Notes under the pieces: generated by a model | Told to the model about the DNA's origin: nothing | The model's database searches: none | Seen by the model: only the letters and a program-made list of their open reading frames with translations | Source of the DNA: a bacterium | Lineage (GTDB): Bacteria > Bacteroidota > Bacteroidia > Bacteroidales > FEN-979 | DNA: 64,000 nucleotides | Direction of reading: 5' to 3' | NCBI GenBank assembly: GCA_037141055.1 | Contig: JBAXDH010000004.1 | Span: 2,443-66,442 of the forward strand | In this document: piece after piece, positions 10,029-20,983 of the stretch | Layout of the letters: each line of letters begins with the position of its first letter | Position numbering within the stretch: the stretch's first letter is position 1 | Made by a program: the position numbers and the translations under genes

Positions 10029-11431
10029 TTTCTCAGTGTGAGCAGGACGACATTTTCAACATGCTGTGTATGGGGGAACATGTCGACAGGCTGGCAGGCT
10101 TCCATCTGATAGATTTCACTCATGATTGCAATATCCCTGGCCTGTGTGGCAGGGTTGCAACTGATGTAGACCACTTTCTCCGGCCTCACTTCAAGAATGG
10201 TCCTGACAACCTTTTCATGCATGCCGTTGCGCGGGGGATCGGTGAAAATGACATCCGGTTTGCCCATTGAAGCGATAAATTCTGCCGTCAGGATTTTCTC
10301 AGCTTCCCCTGCAAAAAAGATTGTATTTGAAATGCCGTTGATCGTTGAGTTCGTTTCCGCATCTTCAACGGCTGCTGCAACAGATTCGATGCCCACCACC
10401 TTTCCCGCATAAGGCGCAACATAGTTGGCAATGGTTCCTGTTCCGGTATAGAGGTCATACACAAGTTCGTTCCCCTGTAACCCGGCAAGTTCAGCGGCCA
10501 CGCGGTACAGCGTAATGGCCTGCAAAGAATTGGTCTGGAAAAATGATGCCGGGCCAATGCGGAATTCGATTTCTTTCCCGCCTGGTCTGAACGGCGGCAT
10601 CTTTTCGACAATATACGGATCCCCTTTGAAAAGGTTGAATTCAAGATCGTATATGGTATCGTTCTGCTTGGGATTGATTACGTAATATAAACTGGTGATT
10701 TCCGGGAACATGGCCGCAAGATGCTCCAGCATCGGTTTAAGATGAGCTTCATCTGCCCTCACAACCAGGATAACCATCAGGCCTCCTGCTTCAGTATTCC
10801 GGATGATCAGGTTCCTTAAAAACCCTTGCCAGGTGCGCACATCATAAAATGAAAGTTCATGGTCCACCGCATATTTCCTGGCAGCCAGCCTGATGGCGTT
10901 GGAAGGATCCTTCATGTGAAAACACTCGATGATATCAACTACTTTGTCGAAAAATTGCGGAACATGAAAGCCAAGTGCATTGGTGTCGGCAGTGCCGGGT
11001 TCGGTATTCCTGTCCGAACCGGTCAGCCACCGGTGATTGGAGAAAGTGTAGTCCAGCTTATTCCTGTAATAGCGTGTCCTGGAAGAGGGCAGTATGGGTG
11101 AAATAACGGGATTGTCAAGTTTGCCTATTCTTGTCAGGCTTTCGTACACCTGCTTCTGTTTGTAAAACAATTGCTCTTCGTATTTCATGCTCTGCCAGCG
11201 GCAACCTCCGCATAGTCCGAAATGCTGGCAATGAGGTTCGGTTCTCCTTTCGGAATACTGATGGAAATGGACAGCTTTTCCTTCAAGGTATTTTTTTTTC
11301 TTCCGTGTGATTTGTACATCAACAACATCCCCGGGAACGACAAAAGGCACAAAAACAATCTTCTCGTTGATTTTTCCGACCGCCATGCCTTCAGCACCCG
11401 CATCAACAATCTCTACTTTCTCGTATATCAT
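10010..11431 (-). CDS. rlmD: 23S rRNA (uracil-5)-methyltransferase RlmD/RumA family
   Basis: N-terminal TRAM domain, Fe-S Cys cluster (CQHFGLCGGCRWQ), SAM-binding DLYTGTGTI and catalytic ISCNPAT. Confidence 0.85.
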   Translation of the reverse strand: MIYEKVEIVDAGAEGMAVGKINEKIVFVPFVVPGDVVDVQITRKKKKYLEGKAVHFHQYSERRTEPHCQHFGLCGGCRWQSMKYEEQLFYKQKQVYESLTRIGKLDNPVISPILPSSRTRYYRNKLDYTFSNHRWLTGSDRNTEPGTADTNALGFHVPQFFDKVVDIIECFHMKDPSNAIRLAARKYAVDHELSFYDVRTWQGFLRNLIIRNTEAGGLMVILVVRADEAHLKPMLEHLAAMFPEITSLYYVINPKQNDTIYDLEFNLFKGDPYIVEKMPPFRPGGKEIEFRIGPASFFQTNSLQAITLYRVAAELAGLQGNELVYDLYTGTGTIANYVAPYAGKVVGIESVAAAVEDAETNSTINGISNTIFFAGEAEKILTAEFIASMGKPDVIFTDPPRNGMHEKVVRTILEVRPEKVVYISCNPATQARDIAIMSEIYQMEACQPVDMFPHTQHVENVVLLTLRNQPGRS

Positions 11432-11432
11432 T

Positions 11433-14400
11433 TCAGGTGTTTTCCGGTTTTTCCGGTATGAGGTATTTTTGAATTAATGCGAACAAATCGTCTTTCCGGA
11501 AAGGCTTGGACAGGTAATCATCCATCCCGGCTTCAAGGCATTTTTCGCGGTCGCCGGGCATTGCAATGGCCGTAAGTGCAATGATCGGGATGTGGCTTTC
11601 GGGGGATTCCATTTTCCTGATGTCCCGGGTCGCCTGGAACCCGTCCTGCTCCGGCATGTGGATATCCATGAACACAAGGTCGACATGATTGTTTTTAGCC
11701 TGCTCAACTGCCTCAACCCCGTTAACAGCCGTGATCACTTCAACGCCTGTTTTCAGCAGCATTACATGCAATAATTTCATGTTGATGCTGTTGTCCTCGG
11801 CTATCAGGATGGTTTTGCCCGGAGCAACAGGTGTCCTGTTTTCGCTTGGCGAATCAGGCTGCCCGTATTTTTCATCGTCTGTTTGTTTCCGGTGGTGGAG
11901 CAGCTCGAAAAAATCTTTCATTTTGACCGGTTTGGTCAGGTATTGCTCGATCCCGAGGTTTTTGCAACTTTCAAGTATATTCTCTTTTTCAACAGATGAA
12001 TACATAAAGATCACCGGTTTCTGGTTCATGGTCCGGTCGTCCCTGATTTTTTCTGCAACAGCAATCCCGTCCATTTCAGGCATATGCATGTCCACGATCA
12101 TCAGGTCAAAAGCTTTCCCCGATGCGTTGGCCGCTTTCATTGCATCAATTGCCTCTTTCCCGCTGGTGCAGATCGTTGAATCTATGCTCCAGTATGTAAG
12201 CATGTCTTTCATGATCTTCAGGTTGGTTATGTTGTCGTCAACCACCAGCACCCTGTCTATTTTAGGTTTAGGAATTTTTTGATCCCGCGATTGGTCGGCA
12301 ATTTTCAGAGGTAACTCGAAACCGAATGTGCTGCCAACACCCAGTTTGCTTTCGATGATCAGTTTGCCCTTCATAATCTGGGTCAGCATCTTGGAGATGG
12401 ACAAGCCTAACCCTGTTCCTCCGTATCTTCGGGTGGTGGAGTTGTCGGCCTGGGTGAACTGGTCGAAAATATGCAGCTGATTGCTTTCTGCTATCCCGAT
12501 CCCGGTATCTTTAACACTGAATACGATCCAGATTTCTCCGTTTTCCTCCGATGCTGCGACTTGCCTCCTGGCGGAAATGCAAATTTCTCCCTGTTCAGTG
12601 AATTTGATGGCATTGCTGATGAAATTCACCAGGATCTGGCGGATGCGCAAAGGATCTCCGATAAAGAATTCAGGCAGCCCCGGTTCAATCTCACAAAGCA
12701 ATTCAAGGTTCTTCTCGAATGCTTTTACCGTGAGGATGTCGACACTCTTTTCAAGCACATCGTAGATGTTGAATTCTACCTGTTCGATCTCAAGTTTTCC
12801 CGCTTCGATTTTCGAAAAATCAAGAATATTGTTGATGGTGTCAAGCAGCAGGTAGGCCGAGGTTTGAATGGACTCAAGGTAATCACGCTGACTCGATGAA
12901 AGACTGATGGTCAGCGCCAGTTCGGTCATGCCGATCACACCGTTCATCGGCGTTCTGATTTCATGGCTCATGGTGGCAAGGAATTCTGATTTGGCATTGT
13001 TGGCCCGCACGGCCTCATCCTTTGCCTTCTGGAGTGCGGTTTCTATCAGTTTCCTTTCCGTGATGTCAATCATGATGGCAATAACGGCAGGCTTGCTGTC
13101 AAACATAATGTTGCCACTCCGGATAATCACATCCCTGGTCTCACCGGTTTTTGTGATAGCTTTTAGTTCGTAATCCTTTACCGGTGATATCCCTTCAACC
13201 CTTATGCGCATATTTTCTATCACCGTCGCCTTTGATTCTTCAGCTATAAAATCCATGATGTTTCCCCCGAGAAGGTCTTCCAGCGTTGAGCCTATCACCG
13301 ACAGTGCAGCATCATTTGCAAACAGGATTTCTCCATCCCGGTGAATAATGATCGGGTCGGGCAGTTTGTGAACCAGGGTGGAATACCTTTGATTGCTGTC
13401 AAATAAAGCCTTTTCGACTTTCTTGCGTTCGGTGATGTCCTCAAAACTTTCAATCCCGCCGATGATGTTTCCGGACGGGTCCTGCAAAACGTCAACATTT
13501 TTGGAGATAACAAGAAGTTGCCCCGATTTTGTCCTGATGGTGCATTCATGCCCGTGAATCGGCTTGCGGATCGATTCTTCAAAAAGCCCGCATTGCACAT
13601 TGCAGTTGGACTCTGAAAAGGCGAGACAGGTGTTCCCGATCATTTCGCCGACCGTGTAACCTGTTATGGCTTCCGCCTGGGCGTTCCAGCTTGTAATTTT
13701 CTGATCGCGGTCAACGGTGAACAAGGCGCTGGGGATCAACTTTGACAGCAGTTCGGCGAACTCTTTTGCCTCGGATAAATTCTTTTGCTGGGAATAGTAA
13801 CTGCGGATAAGCCGGGCAATTTCTCCGAATTCATTTTTTTGCTCGAGAATGTCCTTAACCGAGCCGATATTTCCGCTGGATAAACTATTCGTGATCTGCT
13901 TAAGAGGCGATGAAATCCATTTGGTTATCCAGTATAAAAAAACCAGGCATACCAGGATCAGAACCAGCAAACCAGCAATGGCAAAATATCCCAGTGTGTT
14001 TAATTCAGTAGTTGTGAGATTTGTACGGTGAAAACTTAAAGATCCCGATGTCCCGGTTATTGTATCGCTCAACGCGCAATATATCACTTCGACATCATTT
14101 TTTTGTATCGATTCTGCCACTGGATAGTGTTGATGTATTTCAAGTTTATAACCGGTGGCATTTTCAATTTCCTTACAGTACGAAGGGTTCCATATTTTTA
14201 CAGCGATCAGGAAGCCATTCGCGGAGGTTCGATGGACATTGTCGAATGTCGGAACAATTGTTGCCCCGAATATCTCAAACAACTGGCCGTCCTGGAACAT
14301 ATATGCGTTCCATGAATTTTTCCGGGAAAATAGTTGCCGGATGATTTTTGGAGATAATAGAACCATCTTGCTTGCAGAGTCATTTACATGATACAACGAT

Positions 14401-14723
14401 TCTCCGTCAAGGTCAAAAATTCCGAGATAACTCAGGTTAAATGTGGTGCGTATGGGTTCCAGGTTTTTTTTTGCCCATTCTGAATCCCTGGTCCTGGTGT
14501 ATGCGACCATTTCATCCCAGGCGGAATTATCCTTTACAGGCTTTATAAACCCATCTGTTTTAAATTCAAGTACCGTATGGATTATCCTGGCATCGCTGTT
14601 CTGCTTCTCTTCCAGGTACAATTTTTGCTCCTCAGCCCTGATATACAGGTATCCCAGTGCAAATAACACAAAGAAACCTGATAGGGAAATGAATAGGAGA
14701 GTGATCTTTGTTTTGGTTTGCAT
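11433..14723 (-). CDS. Hybrid sensor histidine kinase with two C-terminal receiver domains
   Basis: 1096 aa. Two TM helices flank a periplasmic domain. PAS domains follow, then the H-box ATMSHEIRTPMNGVIGM and an HATPase domain (DTGIGI, GGTGLGLSI). Two REC domains are present (VVDDN..IVDMHMPEMDG and IAEDN..FMDIHMPEQDG). Confidence 0.9.
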   Translation of the reverse strand: MQTKTKITLLFISLSGFFVLFALGYLYIRAEEQKLYLEEKQNSDARIIHTVLEFKTDGFIKPVKDNSAWDEMVAYTRTRDSEWAKKNLEPIRTTFNLSYLGIFDLDGESLYHVNDSASKMVLLSPKIIRQLFSRKNSWNAYMFQDGQLFEIFGATIVPTFDNVHRTSANGFLIAVKIWNPSYCKEIENATGYKLEIHQHYPVAESIQKNDVEVIYCALSDTITGTSGSLSFHRTNLTTTELNTLGYFAIAGLLVLILVCLVFLYWITKWISSPLKQITNSLSSGNIGSVKDILEQKNEFGEIARLIRSYYSQQKNLSEAKEFAELLSKLIPSALFTVDRDQKITSWNAQAEAITGYTVGEMIGNTCLAFSESNCNVQCGLFEESIRKPIHGHECTIRTKSGQLLVISKNVDVLQDPSGNIIGGIESFEDITERKKVEKALFDSNQRYSTLVHKLPDPIIIHRDGEILFANDAALSVIGSTLEDLLGGNIMDFIAEESKATVIENMRIRVEGISPVKDYELKAITKTGETRDVIIRSGNIMFDSKPAVIAIMIDITERKLIETALQKAKDEAVRANNAKSEFLATMSHEIRTPMNGVIGMTELALTISLSSSQRDYLESIQTSAYLLLDTINNILDFSKIEAGKLEIEQVEFNIYDVLEKSVDILTVKAFEKNLELLCEIEPGLPEFFIGDPLRIRQILVNFISNAIKFTEQGEICISARRQVAASEENGEIWIVFSVKDTGIGIAESNQLHIFDQFTQADNSTTRRYGGTGLGLSISKMLTQIMKGKLIIESKLGVGSTFGFELPLKIADQSRDQKIPKPKIDRVLVVDDNITNLKIMKDMLTYWSIDSTICTSGKEAIDAMKAANASGKAFDLMIVDMHMPEMDGIAVAEKIRDDRTMNQKPVIFMYSSVEKENILESCKNLGIEQYLTKPVKMKDFFELLHHRKQTDDEKYGQPDSPSENRTPVAPGKTILIAEDNSINMKLLHVMLLKTGVEVITAVNGVEAVEQAKNNHVDLVFMDIHMPEQDGFQATRDIRKMESPESHIPIIALTAIAMPGDREKCLEAGMDDYLSKPFRKDDLFALIQKYLIPEKPENT

Positions 14724-14872
14724 ACCCGCAACTTTGTGACAATATTAATCAAATTTCCGCTCAGAAGCAATGATTAATTTTCTAAATTAGCAACAGAAAA
14801 ATGTACTTGTACGGGTGGCAGTTTTTATTCGAGACTGCATTCGTGATAATAATTCCCGTAAATCCTGATAGC

Positions 14873-15412
14873 ATGATTGATAAACAACAATTTGAAAATT
14901 TCTATCAATATTTTACCAGGGAAGAAATTGTTGAGATCATCGAAATATTTCCTGAGCAGCAGCCGGAAATTATCAATGCCCTTGCTTTGAACATTGAAAA
15001 TCACGATCTTGTAAAGGTCAAATTAAATGCTCATAAACTGAAAGGTCCCATGCTGCAGTTTTATGATCCCGTTGCATCGAAACATGCGCAGGTAATGGAA
15101 GACGCTGCGTTGCGTAAAATTATTGAAATCGTTGACTCCTTTATCGGCGAATATCCTGAACCCGTTCGCGCGAAACGCCTGGAATTTGACGACTATGATC
15201 TGTTCCGGAAACAAATTGTCCCTGCTCAAACGCTGAAGGCATATCTAACCGGGCTTACAGGTTCGTTATCACCGGAAGCGGAGATGAGACTCAGGGAACT
15301 TGAAATCATGAAGATGGCCGACGGCATGCACAAAATGCTCGCGGATCTGAAATATTCCTCGTCACTCCTGGCGGAGGAACTGAAACAGATGAAGCTGGAT
15401 CTTACGGCCTGA
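14873..15412 (+). CDS. Hpt (histidine phosphotransfer) domain protein
   Basis: LNAHKLKGPMLQF matches the Hpt AHxLKG motif in a helical context. The ATG at 14873 (MIDKQQF) is preferred over the listed start at 14801. Confidence 0.6.
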   Translation: MIDKQQFENFYQYFTREEIVEIIEIFPEQQPEIINALALNIENHDLVKVKLNAHKLKGPMLQFYDPVASKHAQVMEDAALRKIIEIVDSFIGEYPEPVRAKRLEFDDYDLFRKQIVPAQTLKAYLTGLTGSLSPEAEMRLRELEIMKMADGMHKMLADLKYSSSLLAEELKQMKLDLTA

Positions 15413-15508
15413 CTTTTTCGCCAGCAACCTGATGCGATTGTCGTGTATAATGCCGTGAATTTTATGTACCTGCAGTTACGAAGTGATGATTAAAGCAGGT
15501 GTGTTTGA

Positions 15509-16696
15509 TTATCCTCGTTTTGCGCGTTCCCAGTTTACGGATTGCGATCCCTTTATAAATCTTATCAACCCAAGGAATACCGAAAGATTCATGATGAAAA
15601 AGTAATACGGAACAAACAACAATTTCAGCCTGATGGACCGGTTCTCGAGATACCATCCGAGCAGGGCCGCGAGGTAGAACAAAATTTGCAGCCAGAAAAG
15701 AATGCTGAAAAAACTGCAGCCGAAAATTCCCTCCCCCAGGGCCAGGATGAAGCCGGAAATCAGCATAAGCAGCAGTGAAAGGGGAGCCAGTGTCCACCGA
15801 AGCACCCGGTGCGAAATATACTGAAACGAAAGCGTCCCGTATTTGAAAATATTCAACAGGGAACTTAACCGGAGCACCGACTGAATCCCGCCGGCCGATA
15901 TCCGGATTTTCCGTTTGAGTTCCTCCTTTACATTCGCCGAAGCCGTTTCAATCGCATAGGCTTCAGGATCATATTGAATGGTGTATCCTTTTTGAGCCAC
16001 CCGCAGTGAAATGATGAAATCATCAAGCAGGGTATCGCGCTCAACCTCCTGGTATAATTCGGTACGGATCGCAAAGAGTTCACCCGCAGCTCCAACAACC
16101 GAATAAAGTTCCGCATCCCATTTTTTCAGGGCTGATTCGTATTTCCAGTACAACCCCTCGCCTGCGCCTGCTGCCGAGTCCTTTTCCTTGCTGTAGATTC
16201 GCTTTTCCCCTGACACACAACCAACTTTCGGATTACTGAATAAATTGACGATCCTCCGCACCGACTCCCGGCCAAGCATGGTGTTAGCATCGCAGAAGAC
16301 CACGATGGGCGTTTTCACAAATTGCATCCCCCTGTTCATGGCGCCGATTTTGCCGCTGCGTTGTTGTAAATGGTGAACCACAATTCCCGGATATTTTTGT
16401 AATTCTTCGGGTGTGCCATCATCCGAGCCATCAGTTATCCAAACCATTTGAAGTTTTCCGGGGGGGTAGTCCAATTCCCGGGAGTTCTTGATTTTTTCGG
16501 CAATAAAATCTTTCTCATTGTAAGCCGCAATGAACAAGGTTACATCGGGTTCGTAAGCGGGGTCAGGTCTGTTTTCTTTTTTTATTCCAAGCAACTGTCT
16601 GAGCCTGATGATAAAAAACAACAAAATGCCGTAGCCGATATACGTATAAAACACTATGAAAAGCAGTATCCAGAAAGTTAATTTAAGGATGTCCAT
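15509..16696 (-). CDS. Membrane glycosyltransferase family 2 (processive-synthase-like)
   Basis: 395 aa. N-terminal TM helix, VTLFIAAYNE, DGSDDGT and CDANT motifs, and several C-terminal TM helices. Confidence 0.85.
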   Translation of the reverse strand: MDILKLTFWILLFIVFYTYIGYGILLFFIIRLRQLLGIKKENRPDPAYEPDVTLFIAAYNEKDFIAEKIKNSRELDYPPGKLQMVWITDGSDDGTPEELQKYPGIVVHHLQQRSGKIGAMNRGMQFVKTPIVVFCDANTMLGRESVRRIVNLFSNPKVGCVSGEKRIYSKEKDSAAGAGEGLYWKYESALKKWDAELYSVVGAAGELFAIRTELYQEVERDTLLDDFIISLRVAQKGYTIQYDPEAYAIETASANVKEELKRKIRISAGGIQSVLRLSSLLNIFKYGTLSFQYISHRVLRWTLAPLSLLLMLISGFILALGEGIFGCSFFSILFWLQILFYLAALLGWYLENRSIRLKLLFVPYYFFIMNLSVFLGLIRFIKGSQSVNWERAKRG

Positions 16697-16879
16697 ACTA
16701 TTGAATTAAATGGTGAAAATACACAATATTTTCTGAACTTTGTTTTGAACGCATCTATTCAGTTATTTTTGTTCATGTCCGTATTGCTTTATAATGGCCA
16801 CCGAATTATTTCCCCCGGGGTATTAATTATTCAAATAAACTGATTAAATTGCAGGTATATTGAATTAAAATCAATTCCA

Positions 16880-17773
16880 ATGGAAAAGGGATCTACGATC
16901 GGAATTATTGCAGCATGCGACAATCACTATGTTGTTCTTCTGGCAGCACTTCTGAAATCTGTCGAGTATTACCATAAAACAGCCGAACATGTTGAAGTGT
17001 TTATCGTCGACGATGGCATTTCAGCCCGTAACCGGAAAAAACTGGCTTCTTCCCTTGATACCGGGAAAATTCAACTGACCTGGATTCCAATTGATGAGGC
17101 TATCCCCGACGATATGAACATCCCGTTCGATCGGAGTTCCTACCCGAAAAATATTCATACCCGTATATTTATTCCCCATTTTATCCCTGAACGATTTGAA
17201 AAGATCATTTATCTGGATGTGGACATGATCCTGATGAGAGATATCTCCGATTTGTGGAACATTGACCTTGGGGAACACATGCTTGCTGCCGTGATGGATC
17301 CCCGGTTGAAAGTTTTCAGCAATTCATGGGGCGGGATTTTAAATTACAAAGAACTTGGGTTTGCACCCGATACCAAATACTTTAATACCGGGATGCTTGT
17401 CATTAATAATAAAAAGTGGAGGGAAGAGGGCATCGCTGAAAAGGTAGTCAAATGTATTTCTGATAATGAGAAATTTGCCAATTATCCTGATCAATATGGA
17501 TTGAATATCGTAATGGCCAACCGCTGGATTGAGTTGGATCCGCGCTGGAACTCATTTGCAGATGCCGAATGCGAAAACCCGTTTATTATTCATTTTATCG
17601 GGCGAAAACCAATATATCAGACCTATGACAACCGCGAAGAATTCCGGAAAATATTTTACGAACATCTGAACAGAACACGGTGGATTAATTTTAAACCGAT
17701 CGGGGAATCAAAAAGATACATAAAAAAAATAACCAATATTCTTAAAAAAATACCCGAATTTCTTCACCGGTAA
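16880..17773 (+). CDS. Glycosyltransferase family 8
   Basis: IGIIAACDNHYV, YLDVDMIL (DxD) and FNTGMLVIN are typical of GT8 LPS glycosyltransferases. Confidence 0.85.
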   Translation: MEKGSTIGIIAACDNHYVVLLAALLKSVEYYHKTAEHVEVFIVDDGISARNRKKLASSLDTGKIQLTWIPIDEAIPDDMNIPFDRSSYPKNIHTRIFIPHFIPERFEKIIYLDVDMILMRDISDLWNIDLGEHMLAAVMDPRLKVFSNSWGGILNYKELGFAPDTKYFNTGMLVINNKKWREEGIAEKVVKCISDNEKFANYPDQYGLNIVMANRWIELDPRWNSFADAECENPFIIHFIGRKPIYQTYDNREEFRKIFYEHLNRTRWINFKPIGESKRYIKKITNILKKIPEFLHR

Positions 17774-17780
17774 GAAATCT

Positions 17781-18788
17781 CTAATCAAGCCCCAGGACAC
17801 CTGATGACCTGCCAAGAATGTTGTTTTTATAAAGCTTCTGATAGATCAGGAATCCGATAAATGGATTTACAAACGGCGCCAGTTTCAGAACCACTTTAAG
17901 ACGTGTTGTAACAGAAGGATCTGCCCTGACAAACTCTTCAACAGCAGCATACCTGGAATTGATATCTGTTTTTACTTCAGGCAAATTCTTTATGGCTTTC
18001 CGGTTAAGATAAATGAAAAGCAGAATCCACTGTGCATATTTTCTGGAAGCCAGGGAATGTAAACCGGTCAGCCCTTTTTCTTTAAAAAAACGGATCCGCT
18101 CCTCCATTGCATCGGTATAATGAAGTTTCTTCAGGTTGAAGCCGCTGCGAATGATGCTGTCGGGAGATTGGTAGTAGTAATAGTACTTTTTGTCAAATAC
18201 AACTATCTTGCCTGATAAATAGAACAGTTTGTATGTGGTAAACTCATCTTCGTGAATTTTTGCTTTCGGGAACCGGATTGAATCAAACAAATGTTTTCGG
18301 TACAGTTTATCCCAGGCAACAACATAATCGACATTGTATCGGGTGTAAATCAATTCTAACGCTTCCAGGTTATTGATGACCTTTTCGTTGTCGGCACCAG
18401 GATCAATAAATGTATCCTCCGTCACAGCCCTGTAACTGCATTGGGCGATGTCGGCGTCATGTTTTTGTATTCGGTCATAAAGGTCCCGGAACATATCCGG
18501 GTGAATAAAATCATCGCTGTCAACAAAACCGATGTAATCTCCTGTGGCGATGTCAATCCCTGCATTCCTGGCATCGGACAACCCTCCGTTGGATTGGTGA
18601 ATCACCTTTACCCGATGATCAATGCTTGCATACTCGTCACTGATAAGTCCCGAATTATCCGGGGAACCATCGTCAACCAGGATGATCTCGAGGTTTTGGT
18701 AGGTTTGATTTATGATCGAATCAACACACCGGTTCAGGTATTTTTCAACCTTGTAGATTGGTACGATGACGCTAATCTTATTTTCCAT
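17781..18788 (-). CDS. Glycosyltransferase family 2
   Basis: ISVIVPIYKVEKYLNRCVDSIINQTYQNLEIILVDDGSPDNSG and DSDD motifs. Confidence 0.9.
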   Translation of the reverse strand: MENKISVIVPIYKVEKYLNRCVDSIINQTYQNLEIILVDDGSPDNSGLISDEYASIDHRVKVIHQSNGGLSDARNAGIDIATGDYIGFVDSDDFIHPDMFRDLYDRIQKHDADIAQCSYRAVTEDTFIDPGADNEKVINNLEALELIYTRYNVDYVVAWDKLYRKHLFDSIRFPKAKIHEDEFTTYKLFYLSGKIVVFDKKYYYYYQSPDSIIRSGFNLKKLHYTDAMEERIRFFKEKGLTGLHSLASRKYAQWILLFIYLNRKAIKNLPEVKTDINSRYAAVEEFVRADPSVTTRLKVVLKLAPFVNPFIGFLIYQKLYKNNILGRSSGVLGLD

Positions 18789-18800
18789 GAATTTTAGTGT

Positions 18801-20330
18801 TTAAATCCTGAACTTTTTGAAAGCAGAGGTGATCAAATTCTGAAAAACGGCACGCTCACTCCTGTTCAGGGTAATTAAAGTATTAATGATAAATGATAAA
18901 AATGCACATAAAATGAATGATATCAAAAAGGTTGTCCAGGATGCCGGGTTTATGGTCAGTTTAATCATGTAGGCGATGACGGCGACAGCCGCAAAAGCAA
19001 TCACTCCTTTAAAAATGGAATAGTAAAAAGTAGTCCACTTCTCGTTCAGGATCCGCGCTGCATAGATAGGGGTGAAAGTTGTGTGCTTTATGATACCGGT
19101 TATCAGGCTTACCAGGGGTATGGCGATGATTCCAAGCCTGGTGTATTTTACAAGAATAAGCATCAGGGAGATATTAATTACGCCGGTTATAAATAATGCC
19201 AATGCAGGGATTTTCAATTTGTTGGTAACGGTATACACATGAAAGACCGTTTCAATACTGGTGGTGACAATTAATGGTGCAATAATGAGTATAATCATCT
19301 GATGCAACAGATGTGAATTTTGTCCCGGAACCCAGAGATTGAAGAATGTATCTCCAAACACCATTAAAAAACCAAATGGGATACTCAGCAGAATTTGCAT
19401 GAATTTCATAGAACGGTTTAAGCTGGTTCTGAATTCGCTTTTCTTTGACTGTGCATAAAGAATCATCAGTTCGGGAACGAAAACACCAACAAGCACCGCG
19501 ATAAAAGATTGAAAAAACATAGGCACTGTTTTGGCAATGGCAAACTCGCCTGAAGCCGCAGCCCCCAGGAACAAATTGGCAACTAAAAGATCCAGTCCCG
19601 ACATCAGTACATTGCTGAGTTGATTCAATGAGTTCCAGACACCCGACGATATAAGTTCTTTGATAGCAGAGAAACTGAAATATTTCCTATGGATGGCTAG
19701 TTCCGGCAGTAACATCCGTGTATACTTCATGTTCATCACAATGAGAAATATCGCCACAACCAGGTTGGCAAAACCAATGTAGGTAATCGAAGGTTTGAAG
19801 AAATAAAACAAGACAACCAGCAGGACAGCACGAATGATATTGGATTCGGCATTTCGCATGGAAGAGAGCTCCAGTCGGTTCCGGGCGAATGTAGCCACAC
19901 CATAAACAGATGCAAAAATACTGATCAGAGATGCTGCGAATATCAATCCGAAAAGTACCTGAACTTCAGCCAAAACTGCCGGGGGTATATTAAGAAGGTG
20001 GTTAACAAAAATGACGAAAAAGATGGAAGGAATAGTCAGCAACACAGCAATTACGGTGTTACCCATTAACACCGAATTGAAATAAACATTGGCGCCTTTG
20101 ACATCGTTCTGTTGAATTTTGAAAGTAATATACCGGCTGGCCATTGAATTCAACGCGATTGTGATGATGTTGGCATAACCGATAATGCTGTTGGCCAAAG
20201 GAAAAAAGCTATATGCTTCCTTTCCTACCGTTCTGATAAGGTAAGGCGTAAGGAAGAAATTTATTCCCAACTGAATGGCAAAAGCGGTCACATTGGCTGC
20301 CAGGTTGATTGCAAGTTGCTTTTTCGCCAT
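18801..20330 (-). CDS. Polysaccharide flippase (Wzx / MOP superfamily)
   Basis: 509 aa and highly hydrophobic, with about 12-14 TM helices. Sits in a glycan locus. Confidence 0.8.
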   Translation of the reverse strand: MAKKQLAINLAANVTAFAIQLGINFFLTPYLIRTVGKEAYSFFPLANSIIGYANIITIALNSMASRYITFKIQQNDVKGANVYFNSVLMGNTVIAVLLTIPSIFFVIFVNHLLNIPPAVLAEVQVLFGLIFAASLISIFASVYGVATFARNRLELSSMRNAESNIIRAVLLVVLFYFFKPSITYIGFANLVVAIFLIVMNMKYTRMLLPELAIHRKYFSFSAIKELISSGVWNSLNQLSNVLMSGLDLLVANLFLGAAASGEFAIAKTVPMFFQSFIAVLVGVFVPELMILYAQSKKSEFRTSLNRSMKFMQILLSIPFGFLMVFGDTFFNLWVPGQNSHLLHQMIILIIAPLIVTTSIETVFHVYTVTNKLKIPALALFITGVINISLMLILVKYTRLGIIAIPLVSLITGIIKHTTFTPIYAARILNEKWTTFYYSIFKGVIAFAAVAVIAYMIKLTINPASWTTFLISFILCAFLSFIINTLITLNRSERAVFQNLITSAFKKFRI

Positions 20331-20355
20331 CTTGGTTAGAGGGTGTATTTATCCA

Positions 20356-20976
20356 TTATTGGTTTACTTTTACCCAGGTTGAGGTTAGTTCATCATACTT
20401 TTTGATAATCCTGGCCGGATTACCAACGGCAATTGAAAATGGGGGTATATCTTTTGTCACAACTGAACCGGCCCCGATCTGACAACGTTTGCCAATCCTG
20501 ACGCCAGCCACAATAACTGAATTGGCTCCGATATGAGATTCGTCTCCTATGATGGTCTGCCTAAGATCAAGTGGCTGACCGCTCGAATTTTTACTGCCGT
20601 CACCATATCCGTGATTAAATCCGGAAATGAAAACATGCTGTCCCAGGCCCGAACCATTTCCCAAGGCAACAGGACCGATGATGACAGAACCAATCCCGAT
20701 GCGTACCTCGTTGCCTATCAGTACATCTCCTGCACCGTTATTGATGGTGCAAAAATCTTCAATGGTCGTATATTCTCCCACATCAAAACGATGCCATGGA
20801 AAAACATCGATTCGCGAATGAGCCCTGATTAATGAACCTTTTCCTTTTTTATGAAAAAAACGATTGAGCAATACCCGTACCCACCATCTTGGGCGTGGGT
20901 TTCGCCTGGGTGTCATTATCCAGAGAATGAATTCTTTTAACTGCGGATTCGATTTGATCCTTTCTTTTAGCTGCAT
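20356..20976 (-). CDS. Hexapeptide-repeat O-acetyltransferase
   Basis: Left-handed beta-helix repeats (IGNEVRIGIGSVIIGPVALGNGSGLG, IGANSVIVAGVRIGKRCQIGAGSVV). Confidence 0.8.
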   Translation of the reverse strand: MQLKERIKSNPQLKEFILWIMTPRRNPRPRWWVRVLLNRFFHKKGKGSLIRAHSRIDVFPWHRFDVGEYTTIEDFCTINNGAGDVLIGNEVRIGIGSVIIGPVALGNGSGLGQHVFISGFNHGYGDGSKNSSGQPLDLRQTIIGDESHIGANSVIVAGVRIGKRCQIGAGSVVTKDIPPFSIAVGNPARIIKKYDELTSTWVKVNQ

Positions 20977-20983
20977 AACTGAT

